From: an uncultured Bacilli bacterium
GTDB lineage: Bacteria; Bacillota_I; Bacilli_A; RF39; UBA660
NCBI GenBank assembly: GCA_947598485.1
Contig: CANQFJ010000003.1
Location: 7,754 to 71,753, forward strand
DNA: 64,000 nucleotides
Reading direction: 5' to 3'
Of this stretch, positions 47,479 through 59,092 are shown one piece after another. Both the position numbers and the translations under genes were made by a program. Under the pieces are notes generated by a model, which made no database searches, had not been told where the DNA came from, and was given only the letters and a program-made list of their open reading frames with translations. The stretch's first letter is position 1, and each line of letters starts with the position of its first letter.

Positions 47479-50400
47479 CTTTTCTATTTAATCCTTTATT
47501 TTTAAGCTTAATTACAAGAACTAATAAATTAACAAATATTAAGGCTATTATAGCTAAATATACAAGTACTTTATTCTTACTAAAGAATTCATTATTAGTA
47601 TCCGTATAGAAATAACTATACAAGTATGAATCAGATTTAATCTTAATTTTTTGATTTACTACTGTTTCATTTTCGGTATTAAGAATATCATCAAGATTAT
47701 ATACTTCATACTCATCTTTAGAGCTATCATAACTTACATAATATTTTTCGGATATATTGTTAGAATAAGTTGTAACATTTGTCATATCACGATCTTCATT
47801 TTCCACTGGTTCTACATCTTCCGGAGGATTTTCACTTGATGTAATATTATCAGCATTTAATTTATCTAAAATATCTGTAACAGTTAAGTTATCAAGTTTA
47901 TCTTGTAATTTCATACTATCTTCATATGATGCTTCACTTATTTTAATATAATCTGTATTTTGGGATAGTCCTAAGCCAATATATTTTAGTAGTGATATTT
48001 TTGGTTTAGATCCATATTCATATACTTTATGACCATTATAATAATTAAAGCCTACTATTGAACCATTATCATAAAGAACTAACATAATAGGATCATCACT
48101 TTCATAATCATAAGCTATATCAACAATATTAGCATTTATAAAGCCTGATGGATATTTTATCGCCGTTTTATATGAATATATTTCATTAGTATCCTCTAAG
48201 GCTATTTGATATTCATGATTATTATAAGTATTAATAATTAAATCATTATTAACAATATTATCATTACGATTAATAACATATACTTTATCATTTCTTAATA
48301 TAATTCTACCATCTCTTACAACAGGATCTTGACCAGTACCTGAAACAATAGAATAATTATAATAACTCTTAATGCTATAATCATTAATTTTACTTTCATA
48401 TAATGACATTTTCGCAGGTAATATACCTTGTTTCTTATATGGAGTTTGATATTCTCCCGTTTTCAAATTATATATATCACCATTTTTATTAAGCGCTAAT
48501 GTATTATATAAATTTGTTATATCATGTTCTAACTCTGTACCATTTTTATATAGAGTTGTATCTTTTAAGAAGTAATAATCATCATTTACAATAGCTAAAT
48601 TCTTTCTAATATCTTCTTTCTTAAAGGTTTGGGTATTACTTGAGAAAGCATTAGAAATAGTTATTTCAATATCATCTGAATAATCATAGTAAATAGAATA
48701 TACCCGATCTGTTATTTCTATAGCTTCTTGAACATAATCACCATATTTATATGATATTTTTGTTCTTTCAGGTAGACTATCAAATTCAATATTAAGAGAG
48801 TTTACTCCGGATGGATAAACATGATAATTACTATCTAAAGTACTATTATAGATTGAAGATAATCCAAATGTAGACACACTATTTGCTTTATAATCTTTTA
48901 CTTCATAATCTTCACCATCAGGAAGTGGTACTTCTTCTTGGTCTTGAAATTCATAAGTAACACCACTAACATCCCATTTTAAGATTGGATAATGACCTTT
49001 TTGCATAATATCTTCAGCCGCAAAATCATAATGTAAAACTAGTTCACTTCCATCAAGAACGCCTGTTGCAGATTTGTAACTACTTTCTACTTCATCTTTA
49101 CTTAAAACTTTATTATATATGCATAAATCTCTTATATGACCCATGAATTTATTCGTAGAGCCATTATATTTAACATCATGACCAACATAGTTATCGGTAA
49201 TATTAGTATTACTTAAAACTACTGTACTCTTATTTTCATAAACTTGCTCCCCATCTATGTAGACTATTAAATGTTTATTATCATATGTTACTGTAATATT
49301 AGCTTCAGCATAAAGAGGAATGGTATGATTAGTACTATAGTTAGTGCCATTTATACGAACATAGATAGTCTTAGTATGAATAAATATACCAAATCCCGTT
49401 TTTTTATCAAAGCTACCCACAGAGAATATATATTGATAAGATCGAGTTGAGAAAGATGTTACATTCATGGAAATAGTAAAGCTATTTGGTAAATCAAAGT
49501 TTTTATCAATAGTAACGATGTTATCAGTACCACCATCAAATAGTAAACCATCCTCATCAATAGCCGTAACTTTAGCGGTAGCATTATGATTACCATTAGA
49601 TAAATCATCAATTTCTATCTCTTCAACATTAACATCATCATTTACAGGAGATGGATCCCAATAATTAGTATTTAAAGCAAAGTAAGATGAATAATAAAGA
49701 TCCGTTTTTTCTTCATTAATATATCTAGACCATAAGTTAGGATCCCTTACCTCTTCAAAGCTTAATAATTCTGTCTTTGGGATTTTATCTTTATCATAAG
49801 TAATTTCTGTTAGTTCATAACTAGTTACATCGCCCTTTTCGATAAAGTCGACAATTATATAACAGTTTTTGACAACGGTGAAAGTTACAGTTCTAACATT
49901 AGCAGTTCTATGATAATACGTAAAATACGGATTTGCTGAACCACTCATGAATTCACTAATATATTTACCATTTGTATCATATAGATAAATTCTAAACCAG
50001 TCAGCTTTATTACCAGTAACCTCTATATCAAGTTTATATGATTTACCTTTTTGAAGGTTAATATTATTAGAATATTCAGAATTTGGATAAGAATAATTTG
50101 TTGTTGGTTTTCCATCAGTACCAATATATCCTTTAGTTAATTTTGTAATAAGATTATCGCCTTGTTTTTCTTCATCAACACCCATAGTATCAATCTTTTC
50201 ATCTTGAAGTAAATCTTTTTCATAAAAACCTACTCTTGCCAAGTTAAGAACTTGAAAGTTTCTCGCATCGCCTGAGGCAATACCATAGTCTTTACCGTTT
50301 TCAGCTTTAACTCTTCCGGCAAAGTATAAACCATAATCATTTTGCGGATTTATAAACTCTCTCTTTACCTCGCCAAAGAAGCCACCTACATGAGAGTTTG

Positions 50401-53400
50401 CTACAACATCAGTATCTTCAACAGTTACTTCTCTAACAGCACCTTCAGTTAAGGTGTTATCAATAGATCCAACAATTCCTCCTGCATAATCAGTTGAAGA
50501 TTTAACTAAGCTTTCAGAAACTCTTGTATCATATACAGACCCTGAAGTTACTGAACCTACAACGCCCCCGGTTTTAGATAGTCCTGAGATTGTTGCTTTA
50601 TATACATAACTATTTTGAGCTATAGAAGTAGATGAACCGGCCAAACCACCGGTAGATGTTCCACCTGATGTTATATCAGTATTTTTTACACCACATCTTC
50701 CAAGAATAACATAATTTGCTCCTATTTCAGCTCCAGCAATTCCGCCGACACTAGTAGTTGCAATTCCAGTTCCTGTTACATGAGAATCAAATACATAACT
50801 ATCATATATGTAGAAGGATGCTCCTACAACGCCACCAATTCTAGTATCTGAGCCTTCAATGTTCGAATTTTCAACAGTTAGGCCAAACATATAACTACTA
50901 CCTTGGTATCCAACTGCACCACCTACATTATTTTTACCCTTTACAGTTACTTTATCAACTGTTGAGTCATTAGCAACGCCATAGGCTACAATACCACCTA
51001 CATATTCAGAACCAGTAACAGTCGAATCAGATATGGTTATACCTCTAATTTCTTTTTCTTGTGAACCAATGGATAAATCGGCTCTACCAATTATTCCTCC
51101 CGTATAACTTTTAGTTCCTGTAACAGTCATCTTTGTTGCTGTAATATTATTATAAAATCTATTAACTGAATTTTTGGTATAAGCAATAAAGCCACTTACG
51201 TAAGAAGTGCCTGAAACAGTAACATTTTCAAGTTTAATATCATGCGTATTATTACCGTTATTTCGAGCTATTATACCAACATAATTATCTGTTTTCATGT
51301 CAATAGTGATATCTTTAAAGGAAACATTTGCTAACTCAGCATAGTTATTTAAAATTATACCATCATATGAGTTGTTAGCCGTTGGCGTATCTGTAATAGA
51401 AATATTTTCAAAGTTTATATGACTTAATTTAGTATCTATTCTTTTAATAATATTAACATCATTTTGATTCTTAGTAATTTTTAAATTAATACCCTTAAGA
51501 GTATGGCTGACACTATCAGACTCGGTTTCCAAACGATTAAAGACAACACCTGTCTGAATATCTTCTTTATCAGTAAAATCAATATCATTTTTAAGAATAT
51601 AGTTTTCGGCATCAACAGTACTTACCTTTTGCCAATCTTCAAAACTATTTAATTCTTTATAGAAGGTCATACCAAGTCTTATACTAGCAAGTTCACTTTG
51701 CTCAGTAGAACCATCTTCCGTAGTATAAGTTATCTTACTTAGTTTATAGTAATCATAGTACTTTTCAGGCGTAACTGTTAAAGTAAGATTTGTTTGATTT
51801 TCTGACGTTGTAACTTTATCAACCTTTACTTTTGCGTCATCAACAGTAACATTAGTAATTTTATAGTTATTAGGATTATCAATAACCAAAGCTACCGTAG
51901 CATCTTGCACATGTTTATCAATATATACGTCATCTACTTCAAAATTATTTTTTCCTACTTCATTGTCTAATTGATTAGGTAGTAATTCTTCTGTGCCATA
52001 ATGATATAGTTTTGGAAGCAATCCCTCATTAACTCTTGAATAATCGTAGGAATCACCAAAATAAATAACATCCGTATATGTTGCTGGATCGTATAAAGCC
52101 TGTGTATCTAAAATGGTTTCACCAGTTGAAACATCTGATCGTACACCATTTATAAGAGTACTATTAATAGTGTAATTATTTTCTGGTACCACTATTTCAT
52201 TAGCAATACGTGAGATAATATTATCATTAGACTTAGTATAGATATTTCCAACATATAAATTACCTTCGAGATAAGAAGCTGTTACTTCTTGGCCTGCGAT
52301 ACCTCCTACATAATATAGAGAACTATTTAAATCAACACTTGAATATGAGTTTGTAACATAACCAGTAGTATAACCGACTATACCTCCGGTATATAATTCA
52401 GTAGAAGTTACGGATCCGGTTGTATAACAATTAGTTATAGTACCGAATATTGAATTTTCACCTCCAACTAGGCCACCTACACCATTAGCATAATTCGCAC
52501 CAGCTATATTTATATTAACATTTTGCGCATATGAGTTGGTAATAGTAGAACCGGTTGAATAACCTACCAAAGCACCAACATATAGTGTGGTTACTTGGGC
52601 ATTAGATTTTATTTCAACGTCTGTAATACTTGAATCAGTTATTTTAGCATTTTGTGAATAACCTAATAGGCCACCCGCATATATGGTTCCTGTTTTATTA
52701 TCAGGTACTTCAAAACGTAAACCCTTAATATGAACATTAGTAATACGGGCATTAGCATTAGAGTAGCCTATAATAGCGCCAAAGTTTGCATCACTTTTAG
52801 TAGTAGGTATTCTTTCTATATTTACAAAGTATACATTTTCTAAGGTACCATTCATACTACTAAATAGACCGTTTTTATTTTCATTAATCTTAAGATTTTT
52901 TATAGTATGACCATTACCATCGAAAGTCCCTGTGAATGGACTAATATAAAAATCATTTTTACCATAATTATTAAAATCGAGATCTTCCATTAATTTATAG
53001 TTTTGATTTAAGCCATTATTTATGCCCACCCAATCAGCAATATTATGTATCTCTTTATAAAAATCAACGAATAAGAACTTTTCATTACTTTGATAGTTTC
53101 TTGTTGACTTATAACCACTGAAACTTGAAGTAATACTTCTTACTTCATATCTTGAAACGAAAACTTGGGGATTAGATACCTTTATTTTTACAGTACTTTT
53201 ACCACCAGAGAAATGTTGTTCAAGTATTTCTGTTGTTAAATTGGCAATAGAAATATCTGTTATTTCTTCACCATTAACATTGTTTACCATTACTTGAACA
53301 GTTGCTTCATTATTAGTTTGACTTAATATTTCGAAATTTGTAATATCTACTAACTCATCATTAGTATAGGAAGGTAACTCAAGATAATCTTGTTTAGGCA

Positions 53401-56400
53401 TTTTCTTACTTGTAAATATTACCTGAGGATAATATCCAAGAGTAAGCATGTCATCGACATTAAATTGATCTCCCAAAACACTCTTTTGAAAGTCTGGCTC
53501 ATTTAATTGAGCTGCTTTTATCTTCTCTTGTTTATCTGCCGTATAAATATATTCACTATAGTAATATAAATTTGATAAAGATGAAGTTGTTCTAGGATAA
53601 CCTACTAAAGGTCCAACATCAAGATGATTTGTATTGGTATCTGCTGTTACATAAGTATTTTTTACGCTACCATATGTTTCCCATGTAAGAATACCTGATA
53701 AATCATAAGTGTTATTTTTTGGAAACTCTAATCCTGCTAAAGAATAAACGTGGTTAACTTCTGATTTTACACCACCATATCTTTGTAATAAACCTATTTG
53801 CCTATTAGTAGCGCCAGAAACATCATTATAGGCAACACCATTTTCACCATAGATATAGCCATTATTAACTTTTCCATAGTTATCTCTAACTAAAATGGCA
53901 GAGCCTTGATATAAATTAAGTTTATTATCATGAATATTAATAACAAAATTATTTATCTTTCCCCATATTTGATTTGTATAGCAAAAAAGAGCCATATTTG
54001 AATCATTTATAGTATTTTTTCTGGTATCATAAACATTAATAATGATATTTTCTAGGGTTCCATAGTTATTGGAAATAAAGCCATTAGTATTAGCTTTATT
54101 ATAGTCATTATCTAAATGAATATCTAAGACTAAATTTTTTATAACTGCTGTTTTTTCTACTCTTCCTATTTTAGAAAAAGCCGCAGTCGGAGCCGTATTA
54201 ACGGTAACCGTATATCCTTGGAAATCAATACTTCCATAGAAATATCTATTACCAAATCCTATTATTTGATCCGTATAATTAGTTAAATCAATATCATTAT
54301 TTGCTATATATTTACCATGTGGTTGGATAAAAGCCCAATCATCAGTATTAGATAAACCTTGGACTTCATCTTCTGTACTTAGTTCAAATGAATCAAGAAC
54401 ATAGTACCTATCTCTTACATCAATTCCAAGCTCAATTGTATAGTTTTTGTGTTCATCAAGATCTAATTCTTTTATAACCTCTTCTACTTGGTTAGTTTCG
54501 ACTAATTCTTTGTATTCATTAGTTTTTACTAGTTTACCAGCTTCATCATAAATTTTAATGTAATAAGTATCATTACCAATTTCATTTCTTTGGTCTATAA
54601 CGGTTGTTTTGACTTTAGTAACTAAATCATATGAATATTTATCAGTTACTTTTTTATCATCAATATCAACTCTCGTAATTTTTAAATTAATACTATTTAT
54701 ATCAATTTCATCATTATCTTTATGGTATCTAAAGTAAACATAAGCCTCGACATCTTTAGGAATTTCTATTGTAACACCTGGTATAAATGAGTATGAAGCC
54801 GGTGTTGTCGTTGCTGCATTACCATCTTTAACAAAATAAATAACTCCTTCATATTCATCAGTTCCATTACCAAAGTCAAAGGTATATTTATGACCTCCCT
54901 CGATTGGTAAAGCGCCATCAACTCTAGCCCTTTTAGTTTGGTATGATGCTGCATCATTTTCAGTACCATTAGTATTATAATAGCCTTTCTCTATAGAATG
55001 ATCACTTAAATCAACTACAGTTTCTTCGCCTGAAATATGCATTTCCAAATTTTTAACTACATATTCAGATAGTTTAGCATCCCCACCACTTATATAAAAG
55101 CCTGCGAACTCGGTATTATGCTTGCCATGGTATATACTAGTATGAGCCCGATATATACCATTATCTTTATAATAACCAACCTTAAATGTTACAGTAAATT
55201 TTTTTGATTCTTCAGTTGGTATATCTTCAAGTTTTATTCCATATGATTGATTTGTCGTACCTGTTACATAGTTTACAAAATAGATATCATAATTTTCAGG
55301 TAAAGGGGTAATTGCTTGTATTTCAAAAGTTGCCGTAATAAACTTGCCATAATAATCTGATAAATCATACATATATCCAGCAGAACCATTTTTGGCATAA
55401 ATATGCATGTTACCTTCGTCATCTATCGTTCTAGGTACAATATAATAAAGTCCAGTTTGTACCCATTTAAGCTCTGAATTAAGGTCTACTAAATTCTTAC
55501 CTGTAGCCACTCTAAGAGATGAGTTAAGTTCTAGTTTTCCACTTATACCTTCAGTTGTCGTAATTTCTTTTTTATATAATTCATACTTAGATTGGAAATT
55601 TAAGTTATTATTTGTTTCATTATATTCATCAGCATAGATATAAACAGTATATTTATCATTAGCAAATAAATCAGTATAGGTTACCCTAATAAAGTCTTTA
55701 GTATTAACCTCTATAGTTCTACTATCTATTAATTTATTGCTACCATTTCGTAGTTCAATTCGTGCATAATTTGATAATATAGCATGGTCAGTATCGGTAA
55801 TCTTACAATCAAAGTCGATTAATGTACTTGTAGTAAACTCATTTTGAATCATTACTTTAGCAGGTAATTTTTTAGTTTCAAAATCACTAAAATCATGAAC
55901 TGTATCTAGTTCTATAACAGTAGAACCTTGTTTAAATTCTGTTTGAACTTCAACATTATATTTAGCATTTGATTCAAGATTAGCAAAAGATAAAGTTATA
56001 GCTTCTTCACTTTTGATTGTACTAAGTTGTTCATCAGATAATTTAACTTGTTCAATTAACTCTTCTGTTTCATCTTTATAAAGCTCTACAGTTACATTTG
56101 TTAAAATATTTATTAATCTTTGATCTGTTTTCTTAGTATTAATTTTAAGAGAAATAGTAGATGCATCATAAGTTACTACATCTTGACTTATATCAAAGTT
56201 AACGTAACCTAAACTGGAAATTGGAAGGGTAGTAAATTTAACATTACCTAGTTCATAGTTAGTTTGGGTACCTTTACCATCCTCTAAATCTATGTTCGCA
56301 TAAACATACATGTTAAATATTTGGTTAGGGTCTAAGTCTTCTATTTTTAAAGAGTCTGTTTCATCTGTTAAATTTCCACTTTTAACAGTTTCTCCTGCCG

Positions 56401-58045
56401 AATTAACAATAATATAATGATAGTTATTTAATTTTACTTCATCATCATTTCTTAACTTTAAACCTAGCTCTACATAATCAACCATATTTTGAGCTACATT
56501 AACAATAATACTTGGAGCTTTTTTACAAGTTCTCGCTGTTCCTGTATTATTTTTTATAGGTAATTTATTCCCTGCCTTATCAAGGAAGTTAATCGTAAAA
56601 TTAACTGTAGAATTAGACTCTACTCCTCCACCACTGGAAATTTTCTCTATTATTTCACCACTTAAAAGTTTAGTAACATCATCTTTACTTAAGTTATAAT
56701 TATCGTCACCAATAGTTATGGATACAGTTCTTGTACCTATTAAAGTTTCAGACATTAAATCACTTACAATTTTTAAGTTTTTTAATTCAACTTTATTAGC
56801 GTATGTTTCCCCATTTTCAAAGCTAATATCAATAGGTTCTAGCTCACCAAGATCTAAAGTTTCTATTGTATCATTATAAAAATATACTATTTTTCTAGTA
56901 GTCATATCTCTATCAACATAAGTATATTTTCCTACTATTTCAAATTCCGTATCAGGAGTTAAGCCCGTGATAGTTAATGGTCCACTGTTATAAAAAGTTC
57001 TTCGAGAATAAGTTTTATTATTAACATATATTTCAAAAGTTGGAGCTTCAACAATGGCCCCTGTTGGGTCATATATTGATAATTCACTGCTGGCAGTATA
57101 TACACTAGCAATAAACTTTGTAGTAGTTACAACGGGTTTTACCCATTCAGCTTCCCCATCTTTATCTACTGGAGGTTTTGGTTTAGGATCTTCAACTTCT
57201 TCTTGATCTTCAACATCAATTATTGGTTTATCAGGTATATATACTTCCTCAGTATATTCTCCTAAGCCAACTAAAAAGTCTTTATAACTATATTGGTATT
57301 CTTCTTCACTACCAAAATAGTAAAAAGTTAAAGTTGATAATTCATCTACATCTTCAATAATTTTTTTAACAAAATCTCCTTCAGTTCTTTCATAGTAATA
57401 AATATCCTCATCATCAAAGAAGATAAAGCTATTAACAGGAATAATATATTCATTAGCAACTGTATTAATTCTTAAATCATAAAGATTTATATATACTCCT
57501 GTAGGATAATTAATTAATAAATACTTTTCATTATCAATTTGGGTATAGTTTTGCATTTCATATGCTCTACCATATGAAAAAACCAATTCTTTATAACCTA
57601 TAATTCTGCCAAAATCTTTATTAATCAAATTAATTTCATCATTATAGTTAATGATAGATAATCCATCATTAGTAAAAAGAGGATAATAAATATCAACTTT
57701 ATTCTTTTTATTATTATCAACATAATAATTTAAAGGAGTTGAATATATATAATCATTTTCTTTAACGCTAACAGTTCCAACCTTGGAATTAACATCTTCT
57801 TTTTTGCCACTTGATAAGGTATTAACTACAGCAGAACTTTGAGCAAAGAAGCCATCATTTTCAATTAATAAGGCTTCATTATATGTATTAAAAATATAAT
57901 AAAGAAAAAATAATACAATAGCAATAATAACTATTATTATAATGGGAAAGAAGTTAATTAGTTTATTATTTTTAAATTTTTTAGTTTTATCTTTTTGAAA
58001 AAGTTTTCTTTTTTTAGTTGTTTTTTTATTTTCTTTATTATCCAT
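47450..58045 (-). CDS. giant (3531 aa) surface protein with two GLUG-motif repeat blocks and a LamG/concanavalin-like domain, flanked by N- and C-terminal TM helices
   Basis: Uninterrupted 10.6-kb ORF. GLUG-type repeats (YAGGLLGYS, YVGALVGYS, YTGGIVGYT ..) lie at about 52290-52690 and about 50380-51120. The LamG-like segment (..FMGHIRDLCIYNKVLSKDEVES) lies at about 49050-49570. One hydrophobic helix sits near each end. Confidence 0.85.
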   Translation of the reverse strand: MDNKENKKTTKKRKLFQKDKTKKFKNNKLINFFPIIIIVIIAIVLFFLYYIFNTYNEALLIENDGFFAQSSAVVNTLSSGKKEDVNSKVGTVSVKENDYIYSTPLNYYVDNNKKNKVDIYYPLFTNDGLSIINYNDEINLINKDFGRIIGYKELVFSYGRAYEMQNYTQIDNEKYLLINYPTGVYINLYDLRINTVANEYIIPVNSFIFFDDEDIYYYERTEGDFVKKIIEDVDELSTLTFYYFGSEEEYQYSYKDFLVGLGEYTEEVYIPDKPIIDVEDQEEVEDPKPKPPVDKDGEAEWVKPVVTTTKFIASVYTASSELSIYDPTGAIVEAPTFEIYVNNKTYSRRTFYNSGPLTITGLTPDTEFEIVGKYTYVDRDMTTRKIVYFYNDTIETLDLGELEPIDISFENGETYANKVELKNLKIVSDLMSETLIGTRTVSITIGDDNYNLSKDDVTKLLSGEIIEKISSGGGVESNSTVNFTINFLDKAGNKLPIKNNTGTARTCKKAPSIIVNVAQNMVDYVELGLKLRNDDEVKLNNYHYIIVNSAGETVKSGNLTDETDSLKIEDLDPNQIFNMYVYANIDLEDGKGTQTNYELGNVKFTTLPISSLGYVNFDISQDVVTYDASTISLKINTKKTDQRLINILTNVTVELYKDETEELIEQVKLSDEQLSTIKSEEAITLSFANLESNAKYNVEVQTEFKQGSTVIELDTVHDFSDFETKKLPAKVMIQNEFTTSTLIDFDCKITDTDHAILSNYARIELRNGSNKLIDSRTIEVNTKDFIRVTYTDLFANDKYTVYIYADEYNETNNNLNFQSKYELYKKEITTTEGISGKLELNSSLRVATGKNLVDLNSELKWVQTGLYYIVPRTIDDEGNMHIYAKNGSAGYMYDLSDYYGKFITATFEIQAITPLPENYDIYFVNYVTGTTNQSYGIKLEDIPTEESKKFTVTFKVGYYKDNGIYRAHTSIYHGKHNTEFAGFYISGGDAKLSEYVVKNLEMHISGEETVVDLSDHSIEKGYYNTNGTENDAASYQTKRARVDGALPIEGGHKYTFDFGNGTDEYEGVIYFVKDGNAATTTPASYSFIPGVTIEIPKDVEAYVYFRYHKDNDEIDINSINLKITRVDIDDKKVTDKYSYDLVTKVKTTVIDQRNEIGNDTYYIKIYDEAGKLVKTNEYKELVETNQVEEVIKELDLDEHKNYTIELGIDVRDRYYVLDSFELSTEDEVQGLSNTDDWAFIQPHGKYIANNDIDLTNYTDQIIGFGNRYFYGSIDFQGYTVTVNTAPTAAFSKIGRVEKTAVIKNLVLDIHLDNDYNKANTNGFISNNYGTLENIIINVYDTRKNTINDSNMALFCYTNQIWGKINNFVINIHDNKLNLYQGSAILVRDNYGKVNNGYIYGENGVAYNDVSGATNRQIGLLQRYGGVKSEVNHVYSLAGLEFPKNNTYDLSGILTWETYGSVKNTYVTADTNTNHLDVGPLVGYPRTTSSLSNLYYYSEYIYTADKQEKIKAAQLNEPDFQKSVLGDQFNVDDMLTLGYYPQVIFTSKKMPKQDYLELPSYTNDELVDITNFEILSQTNNEATVQVMVNNVNGEEITDISIANLTTEILEQHFSGGKSTVKIKVSNPQVFVSRYEVRSITSSFSGYKSTRNYQSNEKFLFVDFYKEIHNIADWVGINNGLNQNYKLMEDLDFNNYGKNDFYISPFTGTFDGNGHTIKNLKINENKNGLFSSMNGTLENVYFVNIERIPTTKSDANFGAIIGYSNANARITNVHIKGLRFEVPDNKTGTIYAGGLLGYSQNAKITDSSITDVEIKSNAQVTTLYVGALVGYSTGSTITNSYAQNVNINIAGANYANGVGGLVGGENSIFGTITNCYTTGSVTSTELYTGGIVGYTTGYVTNSYSSVDLNSSLYYVGGIAGQEVTASYLEGNLYVGNIYTKSNDNIISRIANEIVVPENNYTINSTLINGVRSDVSTGETILDTQALYDPATYTDVIYFGDSYDYSRVNEGLLPKLYHYGTEELLPNQLDNEVGKNNFEVDDVYIDKHVQDATVALVIDNPNNYKITNVTVDDAKVKVDKVTTSENQTNLTLTVTPEKYYDYYKLSKITYTTEDGSTEQSELASIRLGMTFYKELNSFEDWQKVSTVDAENYILKNDIDFTDKEDIQTGVVFNRLETESDSVSHTLKGINLKITKNQNDVNIIKRIDTKLSHINFENISITDTPTANNSYDGIILNNYAELANVSFKDITIDMKTDNYVGIIARNNGNNTHDIKLENVTVSGTSYVSGFIAYTKNSVNRFYNNITATKMTVTGTKSYTGGIIGRADLSIGSQEKEIRGITISDSTVTGSEYVGGIVAYGVANDSTVDKVTVKGKNNVGGAVGYQGSSYMFGLTVENSNIEGSDTRIGGVVGASFYIYDSYVFDSHVTGTGIATTSVGGIAGAEIGANYVILGRCGVKNTDITSGGTSTGGLAGSSTSIAQNSYVYKATISGLSKTGGVVGSVTSGSVYDTRVSESLVKSSTDYAGGIVGSIDNTLTEGAVREVTVEDTDVVANSHVGGFFGEVKREFINPQNDYGLYFAGRVKAENGKDYGIASGDARNFQVLNLARVGFYEKDLLQDEKIDTMGVDEEKQGDNLITKLTKGYIGTDGKPTTNYSYPNSEYSNNINLQKGKSYKLDIEVTGNKADWFRIYLYDTNGKYISEFMSGSANPYFTYYHRTANVRTVTFTVVKNCYIIVDFIEKGDVTSYELTEITYDKDKIPKTELLSFEEVRDPNLWSRYINEEKTDLYYSSYFALNTNYWDPSPVNDDVNVEEIEIDDLSNGNHNATAKVTAIDEDGLLFDGGTDNIVTIDKNFDLPNSFTISMNVTSFSTRSYQYIFSVGSFDKKTGFGIFIHTKTIYVRINGTNYSTNHTIPLYAEANITVTYDNKHLIVYIDGEQVYENKSTVVLSNTNITDNYVGHDVKYNGSTNKFMGHIRDLCIYNKVLSKDEVESSYKSATGVLDGSELVLHYDFAAEDIMQKGHYPILKWDVSGVTYEFQDQEEVPLPDGEDYEVKDYKANSVSTFGLSSIYNSTLDSNYHVYPSGVNSLNIEFDSLPERTKISYKYGDYVQEAIEITDRVYSIYYDYSDDIEITISNAFSSNTQTFKKEDIRKNLAIVNDDYYFLKDTTLYKNGTELEHDITNLYNTLALNKNGDIYNLKTGEYQTPYKKQGILPAKMSLYESKINDYSIKSYYNYSIVSGTGQDPVVRDGRIILRNDKVYVINRNDNIVNNDLIINTYNNHEYQIALEDTNEIYSYKTAIKYPSGFINANIVDIAYDYESDDPIMLVLYDNGSIVGFNYYNGHKVYEYGSKPKISLLKYIGLGLSQNTDYIKISEASYEDSMKLQDKLDNLTVTDILDKLNADNITSSENPPEDVEPVENEDRDMTNVTTYSNNISEKYYVSYDSSKDEYEVYNLDDILNTENETVVNQKIKIKSDSYLYSYFYTDTNNEFFSKNKVLVYLAIIALIFVNLLVLVIKLKNKGLNRKDGDDNNETT

Positions 58046-58113
58046 AAGCTTACCCTCACATATTATATATTTTTTATTATATCATACCTTTTTTTAAAAA
58101 TCATTCATCTTAT

Positions 58114-58147
58114 ATAAAAATATCCATCAGCAACTGCTGATGGATAT
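58114..58147 (-). terminator. Rho-independent terminator after the Fic gene
   Basis: Perfect 12-bp stem ATATCCATCAGC / GCTGATGGATAT, followed in minus orientation by TTTTTAT. Confidence 0.7.
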
Positions 58148-59074
58148 CTACAATAGTTCTAAATATTTATTTAACATTTCAATTTCTAATTCATTAACAA
58201 GTTTTATAAAATCAGTATAATTTCCCGTAGTATGGGCCTTATCTAAGGCATTATAGTACTCCAATCTTTTTTCTTTTTTTATAATTACCGGAAGATACCC
58301 ACTATTCATTAATGATAAGTTCATAACTAATCTTGAAGTTCTTCCGTTGCCGTCAACAAAAGGATGGATTTTAACTAATTCTCCATGTAATAAAGCTGCT
58401 CTTATTATTGGATGGTATTTTTTCCAATACTCGTAGTTAATAATTAATTTTTCCATAAGTTCTGGAACAATTAAATAATCTGGTGGGATATGTGTAGCAC
58501 CCTTTATCGTTACATTCTCATTTCTATATTTGCCAGCATTATCATTGTCAATTTCTTTCAATATTAACTGATGAATATTTTTTATATTCCATTCCGTAAT
58601 GGGCTTTTTATCTTTAATAAGATCATCTAAGAATAATATAGCCCTTTCATGATTAATAGCCTCTAAATGTTCTTTTATAGATTTACCACCAACAGTAATA
58701 CCTTCTAAAACAATTTGTGTTTCTCTTAATGTTAATGTATTTCCTTCTATACCATTACTATTATAAGTCCATTCCAAATTAATAGAATCTTTCAAAGATT
58801 TTAATGTTTCTTTTGGTATAGGTCTTTTAGAATTTAGCTTTTTATTTAATTCATCAACTTTATCAAAATAATTATCAGGTAAATCAAATTTAATTTCAGA
58901 GTTATCTAATTTTATACTTCTTTTATCCGCGGGCTTATTAGCATTAACAGGAATAAGCCAATTATTACTGGCTTTAATAGCACCTTCGATTCTATCATCT
59001 TGTAATAATTGCCTTATTCTTCTTTCACTAATATTCCATTTTTGTACAGCTTCTTTTGTAGTCATATATTCCAT
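58148..59074 (-). CDS. Fic/DOC family protein with an N-terminal MerR/excisionase-type HTH
   Basis: Canonical Fic motif HPFVDGNGRTSR. N-terminal segment MTTKEAVQKWNISERRIRQLL. Confidence 0.9.
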   Translation of the reverse strand: MEYMTTKEAVQKWNISERRIRQLLQDDRIEGAIKASNNWLIPVNANKPADKRSIKLDNSEIKFDLPDNYFDKVDELNKKLNSKRPIPKETLKSLKDSINLEWTYNSNGIEGNTLTLRETQIVLEGITVGGKSIKEHLEAINHERAILFLDDLIKDKKPITEWNIKNIHQLILKEIDNDNAGKYRNENVTIKGATHIPPDYLIVPELMEKLIINYEYWKKYHPIIRAALLHGELVKIHPFVDGNGRTSRLVMNLSLMNSGYLPVIIKKEKRLEYYNALDKAHTTGNYTDFIKLVNELEIEMLNKYLELL

Positions 59075-59092
59075 AGTTACACCTCTATATAT

